Under the pieces are notes generated by a model that was not told the origin of the DNA, searched no databases, and was given only the letters and a program-made list of their open reading frames with translations. From Mycolicibacterium smegmatis (GTDB lineage Bacteria > Actinomycetota > Actinomycetes > Mycobacteriales > Mycobacteriaceae): a stretch of DNA of 32,000 bases. Shown piece after piece: positions 20,831 to 29,452 of this stretch; positions within the stretch are counted from its first letter, which is position 1; every line of letters begins with the position of its first letter. Where the stretch lies: the NCBI RefSeq assembly GCF_001457595.1, contig NZ_LN831039.1, forward strand, positions 1,980,001 through 2,012,000, given 5' to 3'. The translations under genes were made by a program, and so were the position numbers.

Positions 20831-20860
20831 GTGACCCATCGCTCCATCATTACAGGCAAC

Positions 20861-21862
20861 ATGGTCTTCATGACGTACCGACTGACCCAATACGCCCATG
20901 GTGGCGGCTGTGCCTGCAAGATTCCGCCCGGCGAATTGGAGGACGTGGTACGCGGGCTGACCCACGCCGATCCGAAGGATCCGCTCGGTGAGCTGCTCGT
21001 CGGACTCGACGACGGTGATGACGCGGCCGCGGTGCGGATCAACGGCGATACCGCGTTGATCGCGACGACCGACTTCTTCACACCCGTCGTCGACGACGCG
21101 TACGACTGGGGCCGGATCGCGGCGACCAACGCGCTGTCTGACGTCTACGCCATGGGCGGGCGACCGGTGGTGGCGGTGAACCTGCTGGGGTGGCCGCGCG
21201 ATGTGCTGCCGTTCGAGTTGGCCGCCGAGACCCTGCGCGGCGGTCTCGATGTCTGTGCGGCGGCCGGTTGCCATCTCGCGGGCGGACACAGCGTGGACGA
21301 TCCCGAACCCAAGTACGGCCTGGCCGTCACCGGCATCGCCGATCCGAAGCGGTTGTTACGCAACGATTCCGGTAAACCCGGTGTGCCGTTGTCGCTGACG
21401 AAGCCACTCGGCATCGGTGTGCTCAACAGCAGGCACAAGGCCACCGGTGAAGTGTTTCCCCAAGCGATCGAGGCGATGACGACCCTCAACGCCGCGGCCT
21501 CGGCTGCGGCACTCGCCGCCGGTGTCGAATGTGCCACGGATGTCACCGGTTTCGGTCTGCTCGGACATCTGCACAAGCTGGCCCGCGCCAGTGGGGTGAC
21601 GGCGGTGATCGACTCGAAAGCCGTGCCCTATCTGGAAGGGGCCCGCGAGGCGATCGCGGCCGGATTCGTCAGCGGTGGGTCGCGGCGCAACCTCGAGTGG
21701 GTGAGCCCGCACATCGATGTGTCCGAGGTGAAAGAGGACGAGGCGCTGCTGCTCGCCGACGCGCAGACGTCCGGTGGTCTGCTGATCGCAGGCGAGATCC
21801 CGGGCGCCCCGGTGATCGGCGAACTCGTCGCGCGTGGCGATCACACCATTGTGGTGCGGTAA
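20861..21862 (+). CDS. selD: Selenide, water dikinase (selenophosphate synthetase), Cys-type
   Basis: The N-terminal RLTQYAHGGGCACKIPP corresponds to E. coli RLTQYSHGAGCGCK; the active-site residue is Cys, not Sec. PurM-like fold motifs DDAAV and DFFTPVVDD. ATG 20870 is an alternative start. The 20132-20860 extension is rejected because it runs antisense through selA and tRNA-Sec. Confidence 0.92.
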   Translation: MVFMTYRLTQYAHGGGCACKIPPGELEDVVRGLTHADPKDPLGELLVGLDDGDDAAAVRINGDTALIATTDFFTPVVDDAYDWGRIAATNALSDVYAMGGRPVVAVNLLGWPRDVLPFELAAETLRGGLDVCAAAGCHLAGGHSVDDPEPKYGLAVTGIADPKRLLRNDSGKPGVPLSLTKPLGIGVLNSRHKATGEVFPQAIEAMTTLNAAASAAALAAGVECATDVTGFGLLGHLHKLARASGVTAVIDSKAVPYLEGAREAIAAGFVSGGSRRNLEWVSPHIDVSEVKEDEALLLADAQTSGGLLIAGEIPGAPVIGELVARGDHTIVVR

Positions 21863-21895
21863 TCGGGACTCGCGCCCGACGCGTTGCGGTCGTCG

Positions 21896-23710
21896 TCAAC
21901 CGACATCGCGGCGTAGCAACTGTGCCAGATACCACGAGTTCGCCGGACCCATGACGCGGTTGCCCTGCACGTAGATCGTCGGGGAGGCGGGCAGCCCGGC
22001 GGCCTGAGCATCGAGGTTGTCGTCCTCTACGCGCGACAGTTGGTTGTTGGTGTTGAGCGACTGTTCGAAGCGGCCCACGTCCAGGTCGACATCGCGGGCA
22101 ATGTCCGTCAGTGCGGCGTCGGGGTCGCCGCCGGGTTTGACGAGGGCGTCGTGCATGTCCCAGAAGCGGCCCTGCTGGGCGGCGGCCTCGAGGGCCAGTG
22201 CGCAGTTCAAGGCCTGGTCGTCGGTGGTGTGATGGCGGAAGACGATCCGCAGGCGGTCGCCGAACTGCTGCCTGACCTCGCGAAGTGCTTCGGCCGTTCT
22301 CGTGCGGTAGTCCTCGTCGATCGCGGCATAGACCACGACGGTGGCCGCCGCGTCGCGGGGCCCGCGCACGTGGTCTCGCTCCATATCCACGTCGCGCTGG
22401 AGGACTCGCCCCGCAGGGGTGGGCAACGGTCGCACGCGGTCGCCGATGCGGAACGTCGCCCATGCCAACAGGAACGCCACCGCGGATGCGATCAAGACAC
22501 CTACGCGGGCCTCGGCCTGCGATCGGTTGTCCCCGAGTGAAATCTTCACCACAAGCAGGGAAATCGTGAACCCCATGCCGGACAACGCGCCGATACCTGC
22601 GATCCTCGGCAGATCGAGGCCAGGCACGCGCGAAGCCGCTGAGAACCGTTCGACGAGAAACGCGGCGGTGGTGATGCCGAGCAGTTTCCCGACGACCAAA
22701 CCGACGACAATGCCCCATGTCAGTCGTGAAGCCGCCGCATCGTGAAACGCTGCACCGGTCAACGCCACCCCGGCATTCGCCAGGGCAAAGATCGGCACCA
22801 CAACGAAATTCACGTACGGCGTCAAAACCTCGGACATCCGTTGATTCAGCGGGACCGAGTAGTCCAAGGTACGACGCACCACTCTTGCGGCCCGTGGATT
22901 GGGTGCTTGACGGAAGAGATGGACAAACCGAGCGACCCGGTCGACGTCTGGCCCGTGTTGTGGATACACCGGCATGAGAAGCGCGACGAGAACACCGGCG
23001 AGGGTCGCGTGGACACCAGATGCGTGGGTCGCGAACCACGTCGCCACTGCGACGACGAAGTACGGCGTCATCCGCCACACACCGACCCGTTGCATCATCC
23101 ACACCACGAACAGGCCCGCGCCCGCCAGCGCCAGTGCGCCGACGTCGAGGTCGGCGGTGTAGAAGACGGCGATCACCGTGAGTGCCCCGATGTCGTCGAG
23201 GACGGCGAGGGTCAGCAGGAATATCCGCAACCGCGGGGCATTGCTCGGGCCGACGAGAGCCAACATGCCGAGCGCGAAGGCCGTGTCGGTCGAGATGACC
23301 GCACCCCATGCCGAAGACGACGGCAGGCCCTGTGTGAACGACAGGAAAATGACCACGGGAACCACCAGTCCGCCGAGCGCACAGCAGGCCGGCAAGATGG
23401 CACGGCGGCGTTGCCGCAACTCGCCGATGGTGAGTTCACGTCGTACGTCCAGGCCGACCGCGAAGAAGAAGACGGTCATCAGACCCTCGTTGACCCACTC
23501 GGCAAGCGGCAAGGTCAGGCCGAGTCGCCCTACCTCGATCGAGGCCGTGGTCTCCCACAACGACGAGTAGGTGGAGCCGATGTTCGCCCAGATGAGCGCC
23601 GACGCGGTGGCTCCCGCGAGCGCGAACGCCGCGTAGGTGTCGTTGTTGAAGAAGCGGTTCAACACCAGACGGTGACGCAGAACGGCTGCGTCGTCCCGGC
23701 TGATGGTCAT
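21896..23710 (-). CDS. nhaA: Na+/H+ antiporter NhaA fused to a C-terminal DsbA-like thioredoxin-fold domain lacking CXXC
   Basis: NhaA motifs WVNEGLMTVFFFAVGLDVRRE, ISTDTAFALG and VLDDIGA. The C-terminal roughly 170 aa match the DsbA-like pattern DHVRGP...FWDMHD...SPTIYVQG. I chose ATG 23710 (MTISRDD); the 70-codon upstream extension is unsupported. Confidence 0.88.
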   Translation of the reverse strand: MTISRDDAAVLRHRLVLNRFFNNDTYAAFALAGATASALIWANIGSTYSSLWETTASIEVGRLGLTLPLAEWVNEGLMTVFFFAVGLDVRRELTIGELRQRRRAILPACCALGGLVVPVVIFLSFTQGLPSSSAWGAVISTDTAFALGMLALVGPSNAPRLRIFLLTLAVLDDIGALTVIAVFYTADLDVGALALAGAGLFVVWMMQRVGVWRMTPYFVVAVATWFATHASGVHATLAGVLVALLMPVYPQHGPDVDRVARFVHLFRQAPNPRAARVVRRTLDYSVPLNQRMSEVLTPYVNFVVVPIFALANAGVALTGAAFHDAAASRLTWGIVVGLVVGKLLGITTAAFLVERFSAASRVPGLDLPRIAGIGALSGMGFTISLLVVKISLGDNRSQAEARVGVLIASAVAFLLAWATFRIGDRVRPLPTPAGRVLQRDVDMERDHVRGPRDAAATVVVYAAIDEDYRTRTAEALREVRQQFGDRLRIVFRHHTTDDQALNCALALEAAAQQGRFWDMHDALVKPGGDPDAALTDIARDVDLDVGRFEQSLNTNNQLSRVEDDNLDAQAAGLPASPTIYVQGNRVMGPANSWYLAQLLRRDVG

Positions 23711-23900
23711 CGCCGCACCCTCCGATGGTGAACAGGCTGGGTCGCAAAGCGTGCCTGGCATGGATGGGTGATCCGGACCGCCGAGGTGCGCCGCCGTATG
23801 AGGCCACCGGATACCCGCGTGGTTGCGCCCGAAACGTCTGATTGGCGACGTTCCCCACCCGGTGCGCCCGATAGGATCGCCACAGATCGAGGGGGTGCGC

Positions 23901-25100
23901 ATGGCTGACGACGCGGTCATCGATGAGTTGGCTGCGGCTGTCGTACGCAGCCCCGAGTTGACCGAGCTTCGGCTGCACCTGGCCGCGTTGTTGGTCGAGC
24001 GTGGACGCTACGCCGAGGCGCTGGCCCATTGCAGCACCGTCCTGGCGCAGGATGCCGGTAACAGCCGCGCCGTGGACCTTCTACAGACATGCAGCGCAGC
24101 GTTGTCGTCGACACCCCGTCCCGAGCGGTTCGACTGGTCGGCAGCCGAGGAGCAGGTTGCCGATATCGTCAAGCCCGCGTTCGTCGAAGAGCCTGCGCAG
24201 GTGGTCGATGAAAACGATTTCGACGCCGTGCGGTCCAGCGGTGTGCGACTGTCGGACGTCGCTGGGATGGCCGATGTGAAGAGGCAGCTCGAGCTGTCGC
24301 TGCTCGGGCCCATCCGCAATCCCGAACTGATGAAGGCCTTCAAGATGTCGGCCCGTGGCGGCCTGCTGCTCTACGGTCCGCCCGGCTGCGGCAAGACCTA
24401 CATCGCGAAGGCCGTGTCGGGCGAGCTTGGCGCGAACTTCTATCAAGTGGGCATCGCCGACGTGCTCAGTCGGTGGCTCGGCGAGAGCGAACGTGCGGTC
24501 CGCGCGGTGTTCGACACTGCACGTCGTAAGGCGCCGTGCGTGCTGTTCTTCGACGAGGTCGACGCCCTGGGGCATCGTCGCTCGGCTCTCGGCGGCAGTT
24601 CCGGGTTGCGTCCGGTGGTGAACACGCTGCTGGAGGAGATGGATTCGGCCGCGTCGAGCAATGACGGTGTCTACGTTCTCGGTGCCACGAATGCACCGTG
24701 GGATGTCGACGTCGCACTGCGGCGGCCGGGCCGGTTCGACCGGATGATCTTCGTGCCGCTGCCGGATCCTGATGCGCGGGCGGCGATCGTGCGTCTGCAT
24801 CTGCAAGATCGTCCGGTGGAGGGCATCAACCTGGCCACCGTCCTCAATCGCACGGACGGTTTCTCCGGGGCAGATCTCGCTCATATCTGCGACACCGCAA
24901 CGCAATTGGCCATGTCGCACTCGTTGCGCACAGGCCAGGTCCGACCGGTGCAGATGCACGACATCGATGCCGCCCTGGCGCAGATCCGCCCATCGGCCGG
25001 CGCGTGGTTCGACACCGCCCGCAACGTGGTGGAATTCGGCAACCGTGACGGCGCCTTCGATGATCTCGCGAACTACATGCGGCGCAGGAGGATCCGATGA
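23901..25100 (+). CDS. Classical-clade AAA+ ATPase with an N-terminal TPR-like helical region
   Basis: Walker A GPPGCGKT, Walker B VLFFDEVD, second region of homology ATNAPWDVDVALRRPGRFDR. The N-terminal roughly 90 aa are TPR-like (LHLAALLVERGRYAEALAHCSTVLAQDAGN). ATG 23901 follows GAGGGGG. Confidence 0.88.
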   Translation: MADDAVIDELAAAVVRSPELTELRLHLAALLVERGRYAEALAHCSTVLAQDAGNSRAVDLLQTCSAALSSTPRPERFDWSAAEEQVADIVKPAFVEEPAQVVDENDFDAVRSSGVRLSDVAGMADVKRQLELSLLGPIRNPELMKAFKMSARGGLLLYGPPGCGKTYIAKAVSGELGANFYQVGIADVLSRWLGESERAVRAVFDTARRKAPCVLFFDEVDALGHRRSALGGSSGLRPVVNTLLEEMDSAASSNDGVYVLGATNAPWDVDVALRRPGRFDRMIFVPLPDPDARAAIVRLHLQDRPVEGINLATVLNRTDGFSGADLAHICDTATQLAMSHSLRTGQVRPVQMHDIDAALAQIRPSAGAWFDTARNVVEFGNRDGAFDDLANYMRRRRIR

Positions 25101-26119
25101 CATCGACAACTGGCGGCGCCAGGGATGTCGCGCAGGCGTACTTCGATTCCGGCAACTACATGCGCGCCGAAGAAGTCCTGAGGTCGGCGCTTGCCCAAGA
25201 CCCGGACAACCCGGAACTGCTCGCGGGCTACGCTCAGGCCCGGCTCGGACTCAACGATTACCAAGGGGCGGCCTGGGCGGCGCATTCCGCAATAACGAAA
25301 GCCCCGACCAACGAGCATGCCAAGCGCATCTACGCGTTCGCCTTGAGCGGTCAGGGACGCAACGCCGACGCTCTACAGGTCGCGTGGAAGTCCGTCACCG
25401 AGCATCCGGACGTCTATATCGCCCATTACGCGTACGCGAACCTGTTGTTGTCTGCCGGGCAGGCACAGCAGGCGTTGACAGCGATCAACGAGGCATTGCG
25501 GCTGAATCCCACGGCCCCTGACTCATGGGTGCTGCGTGGTGACATCTACCGGGCCCTGAACTGGATGGCCCCAGCCGAGGCCGACTATCGCGAGGCGCTG
25601 CGATTGCAGCCCGACAACGCCGCTGCGGTGAACAATATGGCGGTCAACCAGCTCCAACGCGGAGATACCCGCGCTGCGATCGGTGGTTTCATCGGTGCCG
25701 GCCGACTCGACCCCGGGGTGGGGGAGTTGGTCCGCTACAACATCGGCGCGGCCTTGACGAGGTGGTTGCGGCTGGCGAACACGTGCGTGATCTTCTTGTT
25801 CGCGGCAGCCGTCGTTGTGATGGCGCTGCACGACGAAGGCCGGCCGACGGTCATCCCGAGGATCATCGCGGGGTTGATCACTGTCGGGTTCGTCGCTGTC
25901 CTCGTGTGGATCCTTCGTCGGGTGCCGACGCCCGCCTTGCGTGCCGTTGTCGGACAACGAAAGATGCTCGCGGTCCGGATGCTGTTTCTGGTTTTCGCGG
26001 TGATCGCCGGTCTCGGCATTTCGCTGCTGGGGCCGAATGTGGTGACCAGCACGCTTGCGGGACTGTTGTTGCCCGGCGTGATCCTGATGACGCTGATCCG
26101 GTGGTTCACCAGACACTGA
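25097..26119 (+). CDS. TPR-repeat protein with four C-terminal transmembrane helices
   Basis: At least four TPR-like units, possibly up to six (AQAYFDSGNYMRAEEVLRSALAQDPDN, ...ALTAINEALRLNPTAPD, ...AEADYREALRLQPDNAAA). Four hydrophobic helices follow from about residue 225. Its ATG overlaps the AAA+ stop as ATGA. Confidence 0.8.
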   Translation: MTSTTGGARDVAQAYFDSGNYMRAEEVLRSALAQDPDNPELLAGYAQARLGLNDYQGAAWAAHSAITKAPTNEHAKRIYAFALSGQGRNADALQVAWKSVTEHPDVYIAHYAYANLLLSAGQAQQALTAINEALRLNPTAPDSWVLRGDIYRALNWMAPAEADYREALRLQPDNAAAVNNMAVNQLQRGDTRAAIGGFIGAGRLDPGVGELVRYNIGAALTRWLRLANTCVIFLFAAAVVVMALHDEGRPTVIPRIIAGLITVGFVAVLVWILRRVPTPALRAVVGQRKMLAVRMLFLVFAVIAGLGISLLGPNVVTSTLAGLLLPGVILMTLIRWFTRH

Positions 26120-26144
26120 CGGTCACAACGTCATTCGTCGTCGC

Positions 26145-26414
26145 TCACACCTCTTCGACGTGCTCGTCGCGCAACGCCCACCCCAGCAGATAACCCAGGG
26201 CGTAGCCGAGCACAGGAAAACCGAACAGCGGCAGGGAACTCACCGCGCCGACGGTGGCCGGCACGAATTGTCCGCGCACGATCGAGTTCCCGCGTCGACC
26301 GTCGCTGATACCTGCGATGAACAGACCGCCACTCAGCAGAGTCGTGCCTACCACGATGGGCGCGGCCCACCCGCCGAGGTACGCGCCAAGGGCAATCTGG
26401 CGAGTCCCCGATAC
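26145..26414 (-). pseudogene. 3' fragment of a membrane-protein gene interrupted by an IS element
   Basis: The hydrophobic, Gly-rich ORF (...GTRQIALGAYLGGWAAPIVVGTTLLSGGLFIAG...LPLFGFPVLGYALGYLLGWAL) has its apparent GTG start inside the IS terminal repeat. The frame continues in phase with the fragment at 27663-27920. Confidence 0.6.
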
Positions 26415-26456
26415 TGAGTCCACCCGGTTCTGGAGTCGGGTTGGTGTGATCCAGTT

Positions 26457-27290
26457 TCAGTTGATGCTGCAGGCCACCGGTGTGTGGGTGCAGCTGCAGA
26501 CGGCAGCGTACTCGGCCGGCGTGCGGTAGCCCAGCGCCGAGTGTCGGTGTCGGTGGTTGTGCTCGTCTTTGAAGTCGCCGATGACCACCCGGGCCTCGAG
26601 CAGGGTGTTCCAGTGGTTGCGGTTCAGGCACTCCTTGCGCAGTCGGTTGTTGAACGATTCGATGTGTCCGTTGTTCCACGGCGTCCCTGGCGGAATATAG
26701 GACATACCGATCCTTCCGTCGCAAAACTGTTGCAGTGCTTGAGAAATGAATTCCGGCCCGTTGTCCATCCGCAGCACCCTCGGCGGCCCACCCGCCGCGA
26801 CGAACACCTTCTTCAACTCCTCAACGAGTCGGTCGGCGGTGATCGAGCGTTCGACGATGTTGAGCAGCGAGACGCGGGTGTGTTCGTCGATCATCGAGGC
26901 GATCTTGATGGCCTTGCCGTCGATGGTGGAATCGAACTGGAAGTCGATCGCCCACACCACGTTCGGGGCGTCGGCCTCGATCGGCGGGATGGAGGACACC
27001 CCGGCCCGCTTACGCGGACTGTGCACCCGCACCTGCAGGCCCTCCTCGCGCCACAGCCGGTGGATCTTCTTCTTGTTGACCTCACGGCGTTCGTCGTAGC
27101 GCAGCGCTGCCCAGGCACGTCGGAACCCATGGCAGGGGTGTTTGGTGGCGTAGGAACGCAGCCAGCCCCGCATCTCAGCATCGGGATCAGCGGGGGTCTC
27201 CGCCAGAGGGAGGCGACGGCAGGTGGAGCGGGCCAGCCCAACGGCTTTGCAGGCCAGCCGTTCCGACATGCCCATCGTGGTGGTGAGCAT
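26457..27290 (-). CDS. IS3-family transposase OrfB (DDE/rve integrase core), probably expressed as an OrfAB fusion by -1 frameshifting
   Basis: The rve-type core contains WAIDFQFD, LRMDNGPEF and PWNNGHIESFNNRLRKE. The slippery heptamer G_GGA_AAA at 27326-27332 sits at the end of orfA. The -1 frame reads GK-ILSPAAKRRAVDMLTTTMGMSERLAC. Confidence 0.9.
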   Translation of the reverse strand: MLTTTMGMSERLACKAVGLARSTCRRLPLAETPADPDAEMRGWLRSYATKHPCHGFRRAWAALRYDERREVNKKKIHRLWREEGLQVRVHSPRKRAGVSSIPPIEADAPNVVWAIDFQFDSTIDGKAIKIASMIDEHTRVSLLNIVERSITADRLVEELKKVFVAAGGPPRVLRMDNGPEFISQALQQFCDGRIGMSYIPPGTPWNNGHIESFNNRLRKECLNRNHWNTLLEARVVIGDFKDEHNHRHRHSALGYRTPAEYAAVCSCTHTPVACSIN

Positions 27291-27319
27291 GTCGACGGCG
27301 CGGCGCTTGGCAGCTGGGC

Positions 27320-27601
27320 TCAGAATTTTCCCTTCGCGACCTCCCGCAGGGCGTCTTTGACCAGCTCGGCCTCGGCGAGCAGTCGCTTGAGTCGGGCGTT
27401 CTGCTCGCGCAGTTCCTTGAGTTCTTTGGCGGCGTCGGTGTCCATGCCGCCGTAGGAGCGGCGCCAGTTGTACAGCGTCGCGGGCGAGACCTCGAGTTCG
27501 GCGGCGATTTCCTCGCCGGTCTTGCCTTCCGCGGTCAGTTCGTCCGCACGGCGCAGTTTGCGCACGATGTCTTCTGCAGAGTGCCGCTTCCGACCAGCCA
27601 T
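27320..27601 (-). CDS. IS3-family transposase OrfA (HTH plus leucine zipper)
   Basis: MAGRKRHSAEDIVRKLRRADELTAEGKTGEEIAAELEVSPATLYNWRRSYGGMDTDAAKELKELREQNARLKRLLAEAEL is the typical IS3 OrfA pattern. Confidence 0.9.
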   Translation of the reverse strand: MAGRKRHSAEDIVRKLRRADELTAEGKTGEEIAAELEVSPATLYNWRRSYGGMDTDAAKELKELREQNARLKRLLAEAELVKDALREVAKGKF

Positions 27602-27662
27602 ACGTTCATCGTCCCTTCTCGCCCGACATCGGGCTACAGGACTCTAGAACTGGTTGGACTCA

Positions 27663-27920
27663 ATCAGTGGGAACACGCCAAATCAACGCGGCAAAAACGG
27701 TCATCAGCCACCAGAACTTCGGGGCCGTCATGCTGCCGTAGCCGTTCTCGACTGTCATCACTTGGCGCAGTGGTCGATCGGTGTCGCCGTCGGAGTCTTC
27801 CGGCAGATCCCTCGGTTCGTAAGTCCCCAAGCTGATCACGCGCCCGCCGACCACCAGGTACGGGGTGCGGACGAAGGCATAGAACACCGGGATGATCACC
27901 ACGATCGGAATCAGCCACAC
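27663..27920 (-). pseudogene. 5' fragment of the IS-interrupted membrane-protein gene
   Basis: GTG 27920 opens VWLIPIVVIIPVFYAFV..., an acidic loop and a second TM, KFWWLMTVFAALIW. The frame runs into the IS end, where the first stop (TGA 27660-27662) lies inside the IS repeat. Confidence 0.55.
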
Positions 27921-27975
27921 AACGGTGTCCCAGCCGCGGAACGGAATTTGTCAAGGTGTTTGAGTCCAGTGGGTG

Positions 27976-28989
27976 TTAAGCGGCTTCCGTTTCGGTCTCC
28001 TGTTCGGCCGGTTTGGGTGGGTTGATCGCCGCGGATTCAGGTAGGTCGATGACCTTGGGTGCGGTGTCGCGGCCGAATCGGCGTGGGTGGCGCGCCCTGG
28101 CGTCGGCGAGCACGGCTCGGCGCTGGGTGTCTTTCCCGCCGGCGAGGCCGTAGAACACATCGGCGGGTGTGTGCAGCCCGATGCCGCTGTGGCGGTGTTC
28201 ATGGTTGTACCACTGCACGAATCGGTCCATGAAATCCCTCGCGTGATGGATGGATTCGAAGCGTTCCGGGAACGCCGGCGCATACTTCAAGGTCTTGAAC
28301 CAGGACTCGCTGTAGGGGTTGTCGTTGGATACCTTGGGCCGCGAATGCGAGCGGATGACGCCCAGATCCGAGAGCAGTCCGGCGACGGTGTTGCTGGTCA
28401 TCGAGGTGCCCCGATCAGTGTGCACGACGTGTGGGATGCCGTAGGTGCCGAAGATCTGTTCCATCATCTCCTTGGCCAGCTGGCCGCATTCGCGGGCGTG
28501 CACATGGACCCCGACGATGTAACGCGAGTAAATGTCGATCATCACGTAGGCGTCGTAGTAGACCCCTTTGACCGGGCCGGCCAGTTTGGTGATGTCCCAC
28601 GAATACACCTGCCGCGGCGCGGTGGCCACCAGTTCCGGGCAGACCGCTTTGCGGTGCCGGGCCAGCCGACGGCGCTCCTTGACCAGCTTGTTGGCATTGA
28701 GGACGCGGTACATCGTCGACACCGAACACAGGTAGCTGCCTTCATCGAGCAACGTGGCCCACACCTGCATCGGCGCGGCATCGACGAACCGGGCACTGTT
28801 GAGCACCTCAACCACCCGGGTGCATTCGGACTCGGTGAGCTTGTTGACCGGGACCGGTCGTGGTGCCCGATCGGCAGGCGCCGGCGCGGGTTTGGCGCGT
28901 CGAGTGGCCGTCGAGCGGTGCATGCCGGTCACCTCCGCGGCCTTGCGGGTCGGAATCTGGATATCCCGCAGATCGTTGTAGGCATCCAT
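27976..28989 (-). CDS. IS3-family transposase OrfB (DDE/rve integrase core)
   Basis: YSWDITKL...YDAYVMIDIYSRYIVG...HTDRGTSMTS...NPYSESWFKTLKY...WYNHEHRHSGIG is a DDE(35)E-type rve domain. Its frame is open 36 codons upstream into orfA. The slippery heptamer G_GGA_AAA lies at 29055-29061. Confidence 0.9.
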   Translation of the reverse strand: MDAYNDLRDIQIPTRKAAEVTGMHRSTATRRAKPAPAPADRAPRPVPVNKLTESECTRVVEVLNSARFVDAAPMQVWATLLDEGSYLCSVSTMYRVLNANKLVKERRRLARHRKAVCPELVATAPRQVYSWDITKLAGPVKGVYYDAYVMIDIYSRYIVGVHVHARECGQLAKEMMEQIFGTYGIPHVVHTDRGTSMTSNTVAGLLSDLGVIRSHSRPKVSNDNPYSESWFKTLKYAPAFPERFESIHHARDFMDRFVQWYNHEHRHSGIGLHTPADVFYGLAGGKDTQRRAVLADARARHPRRFGRDTAPKVIDLPESAAINPPKPAEQETETEAA

Positions 28990-29417
28990 CAGCGCTTGGT
29001 CGGCGGCGTGTCGGTGTCCGCGCTCTCGGAGAGAGACTCCAAGAGCGCGTGTGCTTTTCCCATGATCCCCAGGGCAGCCTCGGTGGTCGCCAGCCGATTA
29101 TTGGCCTGGGCGAGTTCCTTTTTCAGGCGGGCGATCTCGGCCTGCTCGCGGGTGAGTTTACCGACCTTCTCCCCAGGTGCCTTGCCTTCCAACACCCCAG
29201 CATCGCGTTGTTTGCGCCACTCGGCGATCTGCGAGGAATACAACCCCTCACCGCGCAGGTACGCCCCACCATCGTTGGTCGTACAGGCCTGCTCATAGGC
29301 ATCCAGGTGGGCCAGCTTCTGCGCCGGAGAAATCGAGCGCCGCCGGCGCGGGCCATCAGATCGCGGTGAAGGTGCCACCGCTCCAGTCTCGCGCACAGCA
29401 GCCATCGTCGTCGTCAT
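28989..29417 (-). CDS. IS3-family transposase OrfA
   Basis: 142 aa with a coiled-coil segment, LTREQAEIARLKKELAQANNRLATTEAALGIMGK, containing the frameshift site. Located directly upstream of OrfB. Confidence 0.85.
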   Translation of the reverse strand: MTTTMAAVRETGAVAPSPRSDGPRRRRSISPAQKLAHLDAYEQACTTNDGGAYLRGEGLYSSQIAEWRKQRDAGVLEGKAPGEKVGKLTREQAEIARLKKELAQANNRLATTEAALGIMGKAHALLESLSESADTDTPPTKR

Positions 29418-29452
29418 GGTTCAGGTGATTCCGTTCTCGCCCCGAGATCAAG

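Larger units (their letters stand above)
26415..27662 (-). mobile_element. IS3-family insertion sequence, 1248 bp (OrfA looks IS407-group-like from memory)
   Basis: Terminal inverted repeats TGAGTCCACCCGGTTCTGGAGTC (26415-26437) and the reverse complement of 27640-27662, TGAGTCCAACCAGTTCTAGAGTC, match at 20 of 23 positions with TG...CA ends. orfA and orfB are arranged with a -1 frameshift. No clear target-site duplication: flanks are ATAC and ATCA. Confidence 0.88.

Noticed and set aside
20132-20860. N-terminal extension of selD giving a 576-aa ORF
   Set aside because: The extension runs antisense through selA and across the tRNA-Sec gene. SelD homology starts at MVFMTYRLTQY.
21669-23731. 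ORFs 21669-23309 (minus, different frame) and 22742-23731 (plus) overlapping nhaA
   Set aside because: They have shadow-frame composition, while the NhaA frame carries the family motifs and TM periodicity.
26411-27666. Target-site duplications for the IS elements (also at 27956-27960 and 29504-29508)
   Set aside because: The flanking 3-4 bp do not match at either element for any plausible boundary choice, so no duplication is claimed.
28087-29298. Plus-strand 403-aa ORF inside the second IS
   Set aside because: It is antisense to the transposase genes, which have clear DDE/rve motifs.
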